This document shows, in pieces, positions 12,011-25,029 of a DNA stretch of 60,820 nucleotides. This DNA is from Girardia tigrina (taxonomy: Eukaryota). Below the pieces are notes generated by a model. The model saw nothing but the letters and a program-made list of their open reading frames with translations, did not search any database and had not been told where the DNA came from. The position numbers and the translations under genes were made by a program. The stretch spans positions 1 through 60,820 of the forward strand of contig MQRK01224224.1 of NCBI GenBank assembly GCA_001938485.1, read 5' to 3'. Position 1 is the first letter of the stretch. Each line of letters begins with the position of its first letter.

Positions 12011-13256
12011 CTTTTGTTAAATATTTTTTAAATATTATTTTTTAAACATAAACTAAATTACAAGAGTATTATATCAATAAATTGAAGAATCAAGTCATCG
12101 AAATAATTACATCAGTTGTACATATACCGGATCAGTCAAGTAAATGTATAGTAAAGTAAATTCGTATAATTGACATTAGTCTCAGTAATAAATTTACTTT
12201 TTCTTCTTGTATTGGCACTATTCTTTGTTTCAATTAAATTTGGTTCTGTTTTTACTGATTTTTATATGTCCATTTCTTCTTTTTCTTTTTGAAAAACTCA
12301 TTGTCATTTGGTTTATTTATATCAGTTTATCATTGTTATTTTCTATTAATTCCACTGATTAATGTTTTCCACGGTGGTTTTTTGTCCTATCCAGGGCGGA
12401 TCCTTAATATCAGCATTATGCTGAGGGTGAATACTAGTTTTATTTAATCTATTGTAAATTGGATTTCAGAATTTAGTCATAATATAATATTTTTTATTCT
12501 TTTTTGCTAGTTTATATTTAAATTAAGATAAAATATTAAATTTATCATTAAAAGCATAATCATACAAACATACGTTATTAATATTTATTTCTTATTATTA
12601 TATTTTTAATACTCAAATGGAAAAGATGAAAAATATTATTATAGGATTTCCAATTTGAATTTTAGATTTTTAAATTTACTTTTAATTTGATCTTCTTACT
12701 TTTTTTATTTTGATTTTGGAATCTTTAATTTGATACTTTTATTTTGAAAAGAATTCTAGGAATTTAATCATTTTTTAAGAATAACCATCGTTTTGTGTTA
12801 TAATTTACTCGATTTAATTTTTATTTTACAGGGAATCTATACAAATATTGCTATTGGGTATTTTCTACATTCCTGTGTGCCCTATGCCGTCCAATAAGAA
12901 TTAGTATACTCTAAATAATATCTATATTATGAGTAACGTAAACAGATTTTTTTGCCTGCATATATATGCGGATATTAAAATGACTAATTATTCAACAATT
13001 ATGCATACAATAAAAATTCCGTTTACCTTAACATCATTATTTAGTTATTTTGACTATAAAAATTATGATCACGAAGTACAAAAATATATAAATTGTCCAA
13101 AATAAACAGAAAATTCTTTTTTTGAAAATAATTAAATATAAATTTAAAATATTTAAGTATATTATATATACTAAAATACACATTAAAATGTCTTCAAATA
13201 AAATAATTAATTATTTTTGAACAAATGTATTTTTATCTTCTAATTATAATTTAAAG

Positions 13257-13521
13257 CAGTGTCGGACAACCGGTGCACCGCGAGCATTTTTGTAAAATAT
13301 TTAAAATCGTTAAAGTACTTGAACTTGTTATTGAACAAGTTATTGAAGTATTACTGTAGCAATATTAGTCGTATTTTTGCATCGTTGTAAAACACTGTAA
13401 ATTTCGCACACAGTAATTGTAATTACCTACGAATAAATTTATCGTGAGTCCCACAGGTGCACCGCGAAAAAAAAGTTTTAAGCTTAGTGCGTCGCAACTC
13501 GGAAAAGGTTGCCCGACACTG
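13257..13521. mobile_element. hAT (Charlie/Buster-type) MITE
   Basis: TIRs CAGTGTCGGACAACC / GGTTGCCCGACACTG. 8-bp TSD ATTTAAAG / ATTTAGAG. Subterminal GGTGCACCGCG repeats. Confidence 0.85.
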
Positions 13522-15875
13522 ATTTAGAGTATATTAGTTCTTATAGCGTGGTATATTTGTAACACAAATTTAGTATATTCAGTATAAAAATATATGTATA
13601 TATTCACTATAAAAATAAATTTGGAAAAATGGATACCAAACATCATAAAATCGACACAAATAATTTTTCCAAAAAAGAAAAATCATTTTAAATAAAAAAA
13701 AATATCCCAAATTTAAATCAAAAATCCCGAATCAAAATAGAAATTCTAAAATCCAAATAAAATTTAATTTTAATTGAATATTCCATATTTAAAACATATT
13801 ACAACTAAAAGTGATTAAAGTATTTATATTAAACCTTCAAATACGTTTCAAAGAAGCTTATTTTTAATCAAGAGAAGTAAAAATCAATTTTTTAATTATA
13901 AATAAATTAATTAAATAATTCCTTCGGCTCAAACTGATAATTAAGGAAGAAAAACGTATTCGATTTAGATTTAGATCCTTTCGAAAAAGTTCTCTATTTT
14001 AAGATTAGGTTAGATGTGATATGTTTGACCAAAGTCTTTCCTAAAAAAATGAAAATATGTTCGAGTTTTAAATATAATTTTTTCTTTAAATAAAAATTAT
14101 TCTCGTATAATTCCAGTTAAATCGACTTTTTAAATTCTTTGATCTTTAACAATTTTGTAATTTGTTAATATACCTATATAGAAGTTATTAAAGATTTTTT
14201 GATTTAGTATCATTTTATTAAATTAGGAAACTTTATTTTCTTTCACAAAAAAATTTTCAATTTCCTAAGAAATTCGAGTAATAAATATTTTAATATATGC
14301 CTATTAAATTAGAATTTAATTATTTTTATAAAACGTTACAAATAATTTATTTAAACATACATTCCTTTTAGTAAAATTTAATGTATTTCTAATCAACAAA
14401 AAACAAAACAAAAAGCATAATCTTTCTATAAAGAAATTATTTTAAAAAGAATTTTGCTCTGAAGACTTTAATTCTTCAGTCTGGTCTAAAGACAAAGTTT
14501 CAAAAATGCCAAAGTAACAAAGAGTAATCTAAATAATGGAAAATAACAAAGTCACGATAAATTCATTAATATGATTTTCCATTGATAATGATGGCAGTCG
14601 ATGATTCCCCTAAATCTCTGACATTAACATTAGGAACGGCTTAGTTGTAATATAATTTATAATATTAAAAATATCTTAAGTTAAAATTTCACTTAAGATC
14701 TCTATCCACGAATTAAAAATAATACCTCCTGCTTCATAATACTTTCTTTATTAAAGATTTCCTTAGAAAAGTTAATAGTTAACGAATACATTTTTCAATA
14801 AATATTTGTAATTTACCATAAGTATCTTTTTCTAGAACATGTATATATTCTTTTTGACATCTCCATTTTTATTTGTCCATAAATTTCATACAAACATGGA
14901 TTGCATTATCTTAGACTTATGACCATAAATTTATGGAATGATCAGATTCAGCTTTCTGTATGATGTTTGACATCAAAATTCTTAATTGATTTTTCATTTT
15001 TTACATAATTAATAATTTCAATTTTATTTTTCTGTTGATTCTGTTCTTTGAACTCGCCCTGATTTCAATTATGTTGTGTTATTATTTTACTTTCTAATTT
15101 ATTAAGATGCAATATAAAGACCAAACTTGAAAGTAAAATTGTATAAACAACCGTTGAGAAAATCGAGATATTAAATTAAATTTTATGTAATTAACAACCT
15201 TACCTCTTTGAACGAGTGGAACTCATCATAAAAATGTTACTGTTTGATTGTAAAAATGCGGAGAAAATAAAAATTAGGAATGAGTGAAAAACGAAAAGCA
15301 AAAATAAAAAAAAATCGAAGTTCTAATCGAAATTCTAATGGATTCACGGAAAACAGAAATCGAAACAGTATTTCGGAAGATTCGTTTAATTTCGTTTAAT
15401 TCGTTTCCATTTCCAATCGAAATCAATTTTTTTTGTGAAAATCAAAGACCATAAATCAGAAATTTTAAAATCAGAAAATTTGGAAACGATCCCAATCAAA
15501 TCTTCAAATTCTTGCAATGTCAATTGAAATTAACTAAATTTAAAAATTCATCAACCGAACAAAATCAAAAACTCAATGGGAAATTTTTCTACTCGATATT
15601 AATTCGATTTTCAAAATTTTAATTACTTTAAATTTTAATTACATTTGAAATTTGATTTTGAATTTTAATTGACAATTTTTTTTGATTGTGGATAATGTGA
15701 TTAAAATTATTATTATAATTATAGTAGAAAAATGATTATTCAGTTTTTTTAGGATTATTTAAATAAGTCAAAAAAATGTTTATGGTTGCCGTAATGTCAA
15801 AAAAATTGATTATCAATAAATATTATGAAATCATTTTTACAATTCAAAAATTTGTTTAATTCGTTTGTTGGATAG

Positions 15876-16265
15876 TTATTCTCCGTTTTACCAATTTCAT
15901 CGGCATGTCAGTTCCGAACGTTATTTATAACATTAATGTGAAATCGAATTCGAATTATCAACCGATTATACAAAATATTCAAACGATCAATAAAGAAATT
16001 GTCACTATGAGTCCGATGTTAAAAATCGAAGCGTCAAGCGGTAGTAAAAATAAATCCGTCAGAAATAATGATCAGACTCAAGAGTCACAAATTCTCTCAT
16101 CGAATCTCAAGCCCGAAGCGACGTCGATTAAGAAATCACGAGGTCATATCGATCGTTGTGGCGGACTGTCGGAAGAAGCCGTGATGAAACCTTCATCGGA
16201 TCCTGATCAGCCAACGACAATAACAAAAATATCGGACGACAAACGTTGGGGGTCATCTGACGCCG
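15876..16265 (+). CDS. Candidate alternative exon of the PCTAIRE kinase (phase 1-1 cassette, or alternative first exon from ATG 15905)
   Basis: Open frame 15905-16435 is GC-richer and Ser/Thr-rich. Donor G|GTGAGA at 16266 is phase 1. An AG at 15874-15875 gives a 390-nt exon in frame with the ORF. Confidence 0.55.
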
Positions 16266-17695
16266 GTGAGATAGTAAATTTTAGCCCCCACGTCCCACAA
16301 TCCACCCCCCAGCGCCAAGACGCCGCGGCCACCAAGCTGCGTTCGCTCTCGCATCACCAGTTACAAAACACAAAAAGACCCACAGAACGAACGTTACTCG
16401 TTTCTTTGTACTTATTTAGGTACCTAGTATTATAGGATGCTACAAGCGTAATAGATCTTTACGGTCAGTCGAATTAAGTGGTTGTTTTTGGCGAACTTCT
16501 TTCTCTCCGTACATCGCGAGAACGCTATTCAGAGGTTGTGCATATCTAATGTTTATGATGATTTTATGACGAATTATTGTCAAAAAGAACTGGGACTAAT
16601 ATTACTATTGTTTCCAATAAAAATGTGATGTTTTTTACCTACTTAGTGGACAAAAATCCAAAGGTAAGGCGGTTAAATATTCACTTAATTTGGTGATTTA
16701 TGAGTACACTGAGTGTATATAAAAATCTGATCCATAAAATAAGTTTCAGTATATCTTAATAATTAATTTAATAATTAATTTCAATGTTGTGCTCTCCAAT
16801 TATTTTTAACCACTGGCCCCTATTACGACAGATCTAATAAAGACTGCCGAATATTTGTCTCATGCAATTTTATTATCGGTCTCAAAAAAACAAATAACCA
16901 AATTTACGTTACCATAAAATTTTCGGAAACACGAAATATTGTATAAAAATTTAAATAAAAAGCCAAAAAGAATTTATTTATTCTTTTAATTAATATTTCA
17001 TAAATATATATATTGCCGAAAGGCTGATGTCATGTCGATGAATAGAGGGAGCTTGCTTTTCTTTTTCAAATCATACAAAAAACATGATTTAATTTCTACA
17101 TTTATTCACTGAGTTGTTCTTGATTTCATTTAATGATTCCTCTTGTCTCTTACGGCTTAAAATTATCCTCCTGTTCGATTATAATAAAACTTTTAATTGT
17201 TTAATGTTACAATAAAATATATAATCTTTTACAATGTAACACATTTCTTAAATTAATTATTTATTAAATTTTTCCACATGAGTTTTCAACTTTTTCGGTT
17301 TCTAAAATTTTAAATTATTTTTTGTATTTTATTCGTCAATATACGCATAATCAATTTAAGTATAAAACAGTATTTTCTCAAGGAAATAAGCTTTGTGTAA
17401 AATAAATTGTATATTCAGTTTCTGATATTCTTTTTAACATTAGATTTATATTAATATTTATTTATATTATTATTCTAGTGAGTCTATAACACAAACTATA
17501 TTAAGTGACTCCACATTTTTTAAATTATAAATTAGTGTTTAAGATTTTAAAAATTATTCTAAAAATTTAGTATTATTTATCTTTCGATTATAACAAAAAA
17601 GCTTAAAAAATGTGTTTATGACTGTATAAATTGATCATTGTTTTTATCAGTTTCTGTTGCCCATTTTCATTAATACTTTTTTCTTAATTAACTTA

Positions 17696-18775
17696 GGTAC
17701 TTTCACTTTATCTCAACCCCTAAAAATTTTGATAATTAATTTTTATATTTATTAAATATTGACAAAATATTGATTAATAAATTATTCATTTATTTCTAAA
17801 ATTTATATGATATAGTATGAATCTCTTTGATTTACCGTGAACCGAAGAAGAGGCCGTTACTCTTCTCCAAGAGAATAGTATCTTGCCGACCGAAAGATCA
17901 CAATATGAAGCTATACTTTAGTCAAGAAATCTTTTTAGAAGTGCAATGTCAAAGCACGCAAAAAGAAGGTCACTATCCGTACCGGTACTTGGTTTGTGTA
18001 TTCACGTTTGTCATTTGTCACTACTGTACGCTTCTTTTATGGTTGGTCCGAAGAGTACACATTAATCAAATGGTGCATGGAAGAGTTGGGTACAGGACAG
18101 AATACACTTGTTGATTGGAACGCCTATATGGGTGAAGTAGTTACCGAACAATTGACTCGACGTCCGCAACAGAAGATTGGTGGCCAAGACATGATCGTGG
18201 AAATTGATGAGAGCATGTATACCAAGCACAAGAACAATGCGGGTCGTATTTTGTCTCAACAATGGATTTTTTGGGGGTTGTGCCGTGACACATGTGAATG
18301 CTTTCTTGTCCAGGCTCCAGATCGAAGCGCAAAAACATTGATGATCGAGATCTAGAAGCACATAAAGAAGGGAACGACGATCTATTCAGAAAGTTGGCGA
18401 GCGTAGAAGACCAAAGAATTGGAAAAGGCTGGCTTCGAGCATTTCAAAGTCAATCACAAGTACAATTTCGTAAATCCGGACAGTGGAGTTCAAACGCTTG
18501 TGGGGATCAGCGAAATGGCGCAATAAGAAGCAACGAGGCACCAAGCGCGAGTTTTTGGAATCCTATTTGGTGGAATTCATGTGGCGCAAGCAACTTGCCG
18601 GTTCTGATGTCTTTAAAGGATTGATGGAAGCAATCGCAGCGTTCTGGCCTCCCGAATCACAAATGTAATGCTTTTTGAGTATTTGAGTCGTTTGAATAAA
18701 TTGTTTGATCAATTTTGAAATTTTATTTATTTTTTTTATCAAAAATTTTTGGGGTCGAGATAAAGTGAAAGTACC
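17696..18775 (+). mobile_element. Merlin (IS1595/ISXO2-like) DNA transposon, frameshifted transposase
   Basis: TIRs GGTACTTTCACTTTATCTC(A/G)ACCCC with a perfect 8-bp TSD TTAACTTA. Motifs IGG.DMIVEIDES, PDRSAKTL, YLVEFMWR. Confidence 0.93.
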
Positions 18776-19434
18776 TTAACTTATTTATATGATGTGTCTT
18801 CGACTTTAGAAAGTCATATTTTATGTTTATATTTTTCATAGAGAAATTAGAAACTTTCTTAATTATGTTAATTTTATCGTTGCATCTTGAAAATACTAAG
18901 TAAAATAATGAAGTTTTAATTTTTAATTATTTTTTACTTAAGTGATTTTGAGGTTGATTTAAGCATTTATTCAAATTACTAATTAGATACAGTTAAAATG
19001 TTAAAACTGCTGACAATCTAGAAGCATTAATTAATAATAGCAAGTATAAATCTAATATTTTAGGTATAATATTTTAAATATTATTTTTTGATTATTTAGA
19101 ATTTGGAATTTTACTGGAAGAAACTAATATAATAATGATAGAGTTATTAATTAAATAAGCTTAGTAATTAGATTGAATAATCGAATTCTGAGATGCATAA
19201 CATCATCAATGTTAAAATGAAGATTGTTGAGATTACAATTCAGAGGATGTGAGCAATAAATAAGTATCAAATAAGACAATCGAAACTTTTAAGCTCTGCT
19301 AAAAACTTCAATATTTGTATTAATTGTAATCTTTATTTATAACTTATTATTCAAACTGTGAACATTTTGATTGTCTAACAATATAGAGAATAAACTTCTT
19401 CATCAATTTGTAAGTATGAATCATGAGAGCATTA

Positions 19435-20624
19435 TTAAGTTGGAACGAAAATTTTGTCAGTTGTGTAAGAAACTAACTAAATTTTTAAAGTTAATTTTAT
19501 CTTATATGGATTTTATATATTATGGATATGATTTCATATATATTCTTCAGAACATTTTAATATATTATTCGCATTGTATTGTCTTTTCAATAAAAAGTTA
19601 TTCATTTTAGGAACAAGTTAAAAGGCCAAAAAGCGTGAATTTTTTGATTTTAGACAAATTCAAAATTGTTCGTACATCAGCAAAAGCGTCTAATTCTATT
19701 TGCGTCAGCAACAGTCGAGATTCTATGACTGAGAGAACATGTTTCCGATGGTATGCGAAATTCCGCTCCGACTATATGCATCATAGAGACAGAAATCCAT
19801 CTAGAGACCTAACAAAAATAATAAACGAGCTCTACGCCGTTCCATTGAAGCGGATCCGACGCAAACAACGCGCGAACTGGCATCTGAACTCCAAATTTCC
19901 CATACACCGATAATTCGGAATCTGTAGAAAATGAAGAAGAAAAATAAACGTGGTCAATAGGTCCCACACGAACTCAATGAAATACCAAAAAATCGGTGAA
20001 ATAACGACTGTTCTCGGCTATTGCATAAATTCAGTCGTGGTGGATTGTAATGGATTTTGATGTATGATGAGAAGTGATCAGCATCACCGTGTTCAGGCAA
20101 CTTTGCGTGTTCATGGTATCAAAACGGCTCGTGTTTGTTTTCAATAAGTCAACACTAGACCTCATTTTTCGCACTGGACGCTTAAAAATCTTGAAGCATG
20201 GTGTTGGGATATTCTTAAGCACCCGTCATATAGCCCAGACGTTACTCCATCTAATGATCATCTTTTCCGGTCACTGAACATTTCATTCACGGATATCGCT
20301 TCATTGAAAATGAACACGTGGAACAGATCCTTTAAATGTTTTTCAACATGAAAATGCCAAAGTTTTACCACCACAGAATTTTCTTGTTTGAGTCTTGTTG
20401 GAGAAAAATAATTGAAAGTAATCGCGACCTCTTGTTATTTTAAAAATTTTGGTTTTCATAAAATCAATACGTAATCAGTAAATCATTTAAAAACTCTCAA
20501 CAAAGTTGTAGAGAGTGCAGTTTTGAACGTTAATTTTAGGATCCAAAGATCTTATATATAACGCTTCACATGTCACTCTCTCATAAAATGTTAATTTTTT
20601 GACAAAACTTTCATTCCAACTAAA
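19435..20624 (+). mobile_element. Old degraded mariner element
   Basis: Imperfect TIRs TTAAGTTGGAACGAAA.. / ..TTTCATTCCAACTAAA. Residual motifs WYAKFRS, VPHEL, HPSYSPD..DHLFRSL. Confidence 0.75.
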
Positions 20625-20855
20625 TTTTAGTGACCATTATGATGAAAACTCCGACATTCCAACAAATCAAATTAATTTTTTAATATATTATTTTTTTAAA
20701 TTGTCCTTAAACCCGTCATGCTAATTGTCATGGGATTCAGATTGCACTAGTAAACAAAATCAGAATACAATTTTAACTTAAATTTTAATTTCAAGAATAA
20801 ATTAAAATTGGAGTATGATGAAAAATAAAAAGATGATTAAACAAGTCCGGGTTAA

Positions 20856-21082
20856 CCCATTAAGTACCAAATTTAAAAAATCAAGAAAAAGTATTTTTTG
20901 TTGAAACGATTTTATTTAGATTATAATATCTGGAAAATTAAAAAATTAAAAAAAAATGAGCATTAATTTATAGGGATGAAACCTAAGGAGTAATAAAATT
21001 ATTTAAGAAATAAAAACTACTTAAATACAAAAAACAATTTTTTTCGTAATGCCATATAAATAGGACGCTGGGCTATAATGGG
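20856..21082. mobile_element. piggyBac-like MITE
   Basis: TTAA|CCCATTA ... TAATGGG|TTTA termini. Confidence 0.55.
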
Positions 21083-21644
21083 TTTAATAAACAGAATAAT
21101 ACTTTTGTGTTATGTGTGAAATAACGTGTTAATAAATTTTAAAGACCTAATCATCGAGTCTTTTTCGCCACATTAATTTGTATTCGAACGAAATAAACGA
21201 TAAATTATTCTCATGACAGTTGCTTTTTCAACCCGTGATGGATCTATCTCATGAGTTGTCCACTACTCAAAACGGCAGCCGCTTTACTAATATATCTTCT
21301 AAATCTAGGTTATATACTTCGATTTTTTTAAATTGCATTTTATAATCCAATAACTATAATGATAACAAAGCGGTATTTTAGTCTTTTGATTTTAGTCTTT
21401 TTTTATTTTTTAGGGATTAGGAAACCTTATTTTATTGATTATCTTATTTCTATGCTGATTACGGTTTTAAAATGTCAAATTGGTTTTGTATACAAGCGAC
21501 AAATATTTATCAATGGAATTTATTTCAGATAAAAATAATTTTTACTTTACAATTTAAAATGTAATTTATTCATATTAAAAATTTAAAAATGTTTAAAAAT
21601 ATAATTTTGATAAAAATTTTAATAATTGTTTTCTAAAAAATCAG

Positions 21645-22321
21645 CACATTTGTATGGGGAGTGTAATGGGTCGTTCAACTCAAACGTCGTGAGCGGCCCG
21701 TGTTCAATGTACAATCAGTGTTACAGTCAGTCAACTGCATCAAACAACAGCAACCATTATCATCACATAGCGGTTACTCATGTACCATCATCCTTTGGGT
21801 CTTCAACGACTTCATCTGAAATTATATCGAACCAGTGCAATGGTATGTCCTCTTATAACGAAAATGGCTGTCATTCTGTTTCTTCATCATCTGCATCATC
21901 TTTGTTAAATCACTGTCGATCCAATACAGATCTCGTTTCACAACACACAGGTCCGCCGAATTCTTCTTATAATCGTAGTCAATCTTGTTCCGTTTCCATG
22001 GCCATTGGTGATAATGAAGAAGAAGCAAAGGACAGATTTGTAGTAATAGAGAAGGGGAAATGTTATGTCGATGGAGAGTTGGTTCAAGGATTGTCGCCAT
22101 CACAGTTGGCACAAGTGCGACGTCGACATCGTCGTCCAGGTAATTCTGGTGTGATGTCCAGCAGCAGTGGTACCGGTAATGATCGTGGAATGGAGTCTAC
22201 TGATTCAGATATTAGTAAACGTTTGTCTTTGCCTGCAAATATTAATTTACCTGCACATCTACTCAACCGAAAAAGTCAATTACTTGAGCCGATGACGAAG
22301 AAGGATCGCAGATATTCATTG
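21645..22321 (+). CDS. CDK16/17/18: PCTAIRE kinase exon, N-terminal regulatory region
   Basis: Acceptor ATCAG|CA, donor TTG|GTTTGT (phase 0). Encodes DISKRLSLPANINLP and RRYSL, matching CDK16 DINKRLSLPADIRLP and RRVSL. Confidence 0.9.
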
Positions 22322-23099
22322 GTTTGTTCTAAAATTTAATTATTATTTCTATTTACTCGAATTTTTTTTAAAATAATCTATTTTTTTCAGTTATAAATTG
22401 ATTATTATTTTATTTTTGATGCTCTGATGAACTGTTATCATTCGCTATTGTCGGTTGTTGTCGACTTTAAAGATTGTCATGATTATTATTTGTCATAGCA
22501 ATATTTTTATTACCGCAACATTCGAGAAACAGTACCTAGAATCCATGAAATGTTTTGATTAGTTTTGACTAGTCAGACCAATTCGATGTTGATCCTTTAT
22601 TGCGAATAAATGAACTGATCAAATGTGATATGATGATAACATGAATATTTAATGTGACACGATTAATCTGATTTAAATAGACAAGGTGCAAATCAAGAGA
22701 AAATCACCATTTATTTGAATTTTCTATCTTAATATTTACACATTATAAATATTTTTTGCAATTATTTAATTTTTTATTTTATATGAAAACTATTCGATTT
22801 TTAATTGATATAGTTTCGTATGGTCGAATAGTATCATTTCATAATTGAATTCCAAAAAAAGATGCTGTTAGAGATAGGTGAAGAGATCGCCCCGAAGTCA
22901 TAGAGGTGGTCCTGTTCTACCTTTTTTGACCGCCATATACACCAAACAAATATTAATCAATGCTATGATGACTCTCGAACTCATTTATTCGTCTCAAAAC
23001 ATTCCTGACCATGGTTTCATAACAGTTCGTGTTTACTTCACACTCGATTTGCTTTATCGGATTGATTACACAGTTGATTCAACCTTTTCAGTATTGAGA

Positions 23100-23310
23100 T
23101 AAACTTGAACAAATTCATTCATAAACAATAACGGATCTAATTTGCCGACTTCCATGTCCTACATTGTTCTAAGACTATGCTGCTTATCATGGAGACCTGC
23201 AGCGCATATCTGTACGACTTGAAATGAAATTTATAACCGCTCTTTTACAAGGGTCACCAGGGGCGCTTCGGACATCACAAGAATCATAGTACTTCGCTAT
23301 TTCACATCCC
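23100..23310 (-). pseudogene. Decayed 28S rRNA fragment
   Basis: 23131-23216 (ACGGATCTAATTTGCCGACTTCC..CCTACATTGTTCTA..GGAGACCTGCAGCGCATAT..GTACG) is the reverse complement of the conserved LSU core CGTACC.ATATCCGCAGCAGGTCTCC...TAGAACAATGTAGGTAAGGGAAGTCGGCAAATTGGATCCGT, recalled from memory. Confidence 0.8.
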
Positions 23311-25029
23311 AATATACTTAATTGAGGGGTATTAATACATTTGAACAAATCTTAATTTCCAATTCAGTCTGTTATAATGATATTTGAACCATTTCATTCT
23401 ATTGTAATTGCATCAAATTCTTTAGCGTTATTTAAAAATATTTAGTGTTTTTGTATTTCAAACGTTAAATGATCATTTAGAAGATTCTGTTGTTAACGAT
23501 TAGGAGCATTTTAACCACTTACTCACTTGAGCTCAGTTGAAATATTTTGTTTATCATTTAAATAATATTATTTCAATCAAAAGATTTTTTAAACCTTCAA
23601 ATTAATTTTAATGTGAAAAAAATTGTCTCAATTTTAATAAAATTTCATTTAATGGAATTTGAATTAAATTATTTTTTACTGATCATATGCCTGATGCGTT
23701 CAATAAGCGCCCGGACTAGACTATAAAGCCTTTAGATACTTTTCATGCTAGTTAATGTATAAATATAGATTGTTTGAAAATATCATTTACTGCTTCTTTA
23801 CAGTGACATCCATAATTTCTAATTTTCGTCAAGTGATATTGCATCTAGTTGAATATTGAAGTAGGATAATGTTTCTAGCTTCATGCTATAAAGAGTGAAA
23901 AATACATTTTTTTCTGTTAAAAAAGGGTCGACGAAATTGCAAGAGAAGAATGCTGATTCACTATAAGAACCTGTCAAAAGGGTTACTTGTGAGTGTTGAA
24001 AGTGTGAATACCATCCTGTATTAATCGTTAAATTGAACATTTTTCAGATTTGTCTCTAAATTTTGTTTATCAAAATTGTGAGAGAATTGTTTTTAACGGA
24101 ATTAAGAAAACATACAAATTTACAAGGAATATGAAGATAATTTTTTCGGGAATATTTTTACCGTAGATGAGACACACATTAAAGAATCAAATAGAATCAA
24201 ATAAAGAATCAAAAATATTAGTGGAAATTCTTCAATGGAAATAGTTTTAGGTAATTCAATCTAGAACCTCGCACCAAAAAGAGAGTGTGGTCGCTTTCTT
24301 AAGTGAGCAATGTCAAAAATGAATTTGTTGATCACTGGAAGTAGTAAGTAGAGAACACAGTTATTATGTTGAACAAAACTTCTTCCATATCCTGATTATT
24401 ATTGCGTTAAAATATATTTGTTGTTTATTGCTTCCTGGTCTAATCTGGGTACTTATTTAACACATCACATATTGACTTTATATTATTTCTGTTAATCCAA
24501 TGAAGTACTAAAAACACTAAGATACAAATTTTATTTTCATCAATATGTACTTGAATAAGTCAAGCTTAGGAGAAATGCGATAGACTAGCCAGATATTTAG
24601 GTATAATTTTTGAAGAAAATAATCCATCAATGCTGGAAATGGTTTAAGAAATTCCATGATGAGAACTTATGAATGTATTAAACTGAAATATATGAGCTGA
24701 AATGTTTTACATATGTTTGACTAAACGAATACGACAAATGTTTATTAAAGACTTTAATTTTCCGTGTAAAGAATTGCAAGTGCTTAGTTTTGATCCATTT
24801 CATAATTAACTTGCATGGAATCTAGAATTGTTTTTTTAGGGAAAATTCATTTACTGGCTCTATGATATTATAATCAAGGATAGTTTAATCCTCAAAGTGT
24901 TTGAAAATTACCGGAAAATGAAGTTTTTCTACTCATTAAAAACTGTTCATAAGATCAGAAATCTATATTCTTTTGTTTTCATGCGTTAAGAATCACTTGT
25001 TAACCATGTGTTATACAATAATGCGATAA

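Noticed and set aside
21822-22266. Antisense ORFs over the kinase exon (and similar ones over transposases)
   Set aside because: Shadow frames of the real coding sequence.
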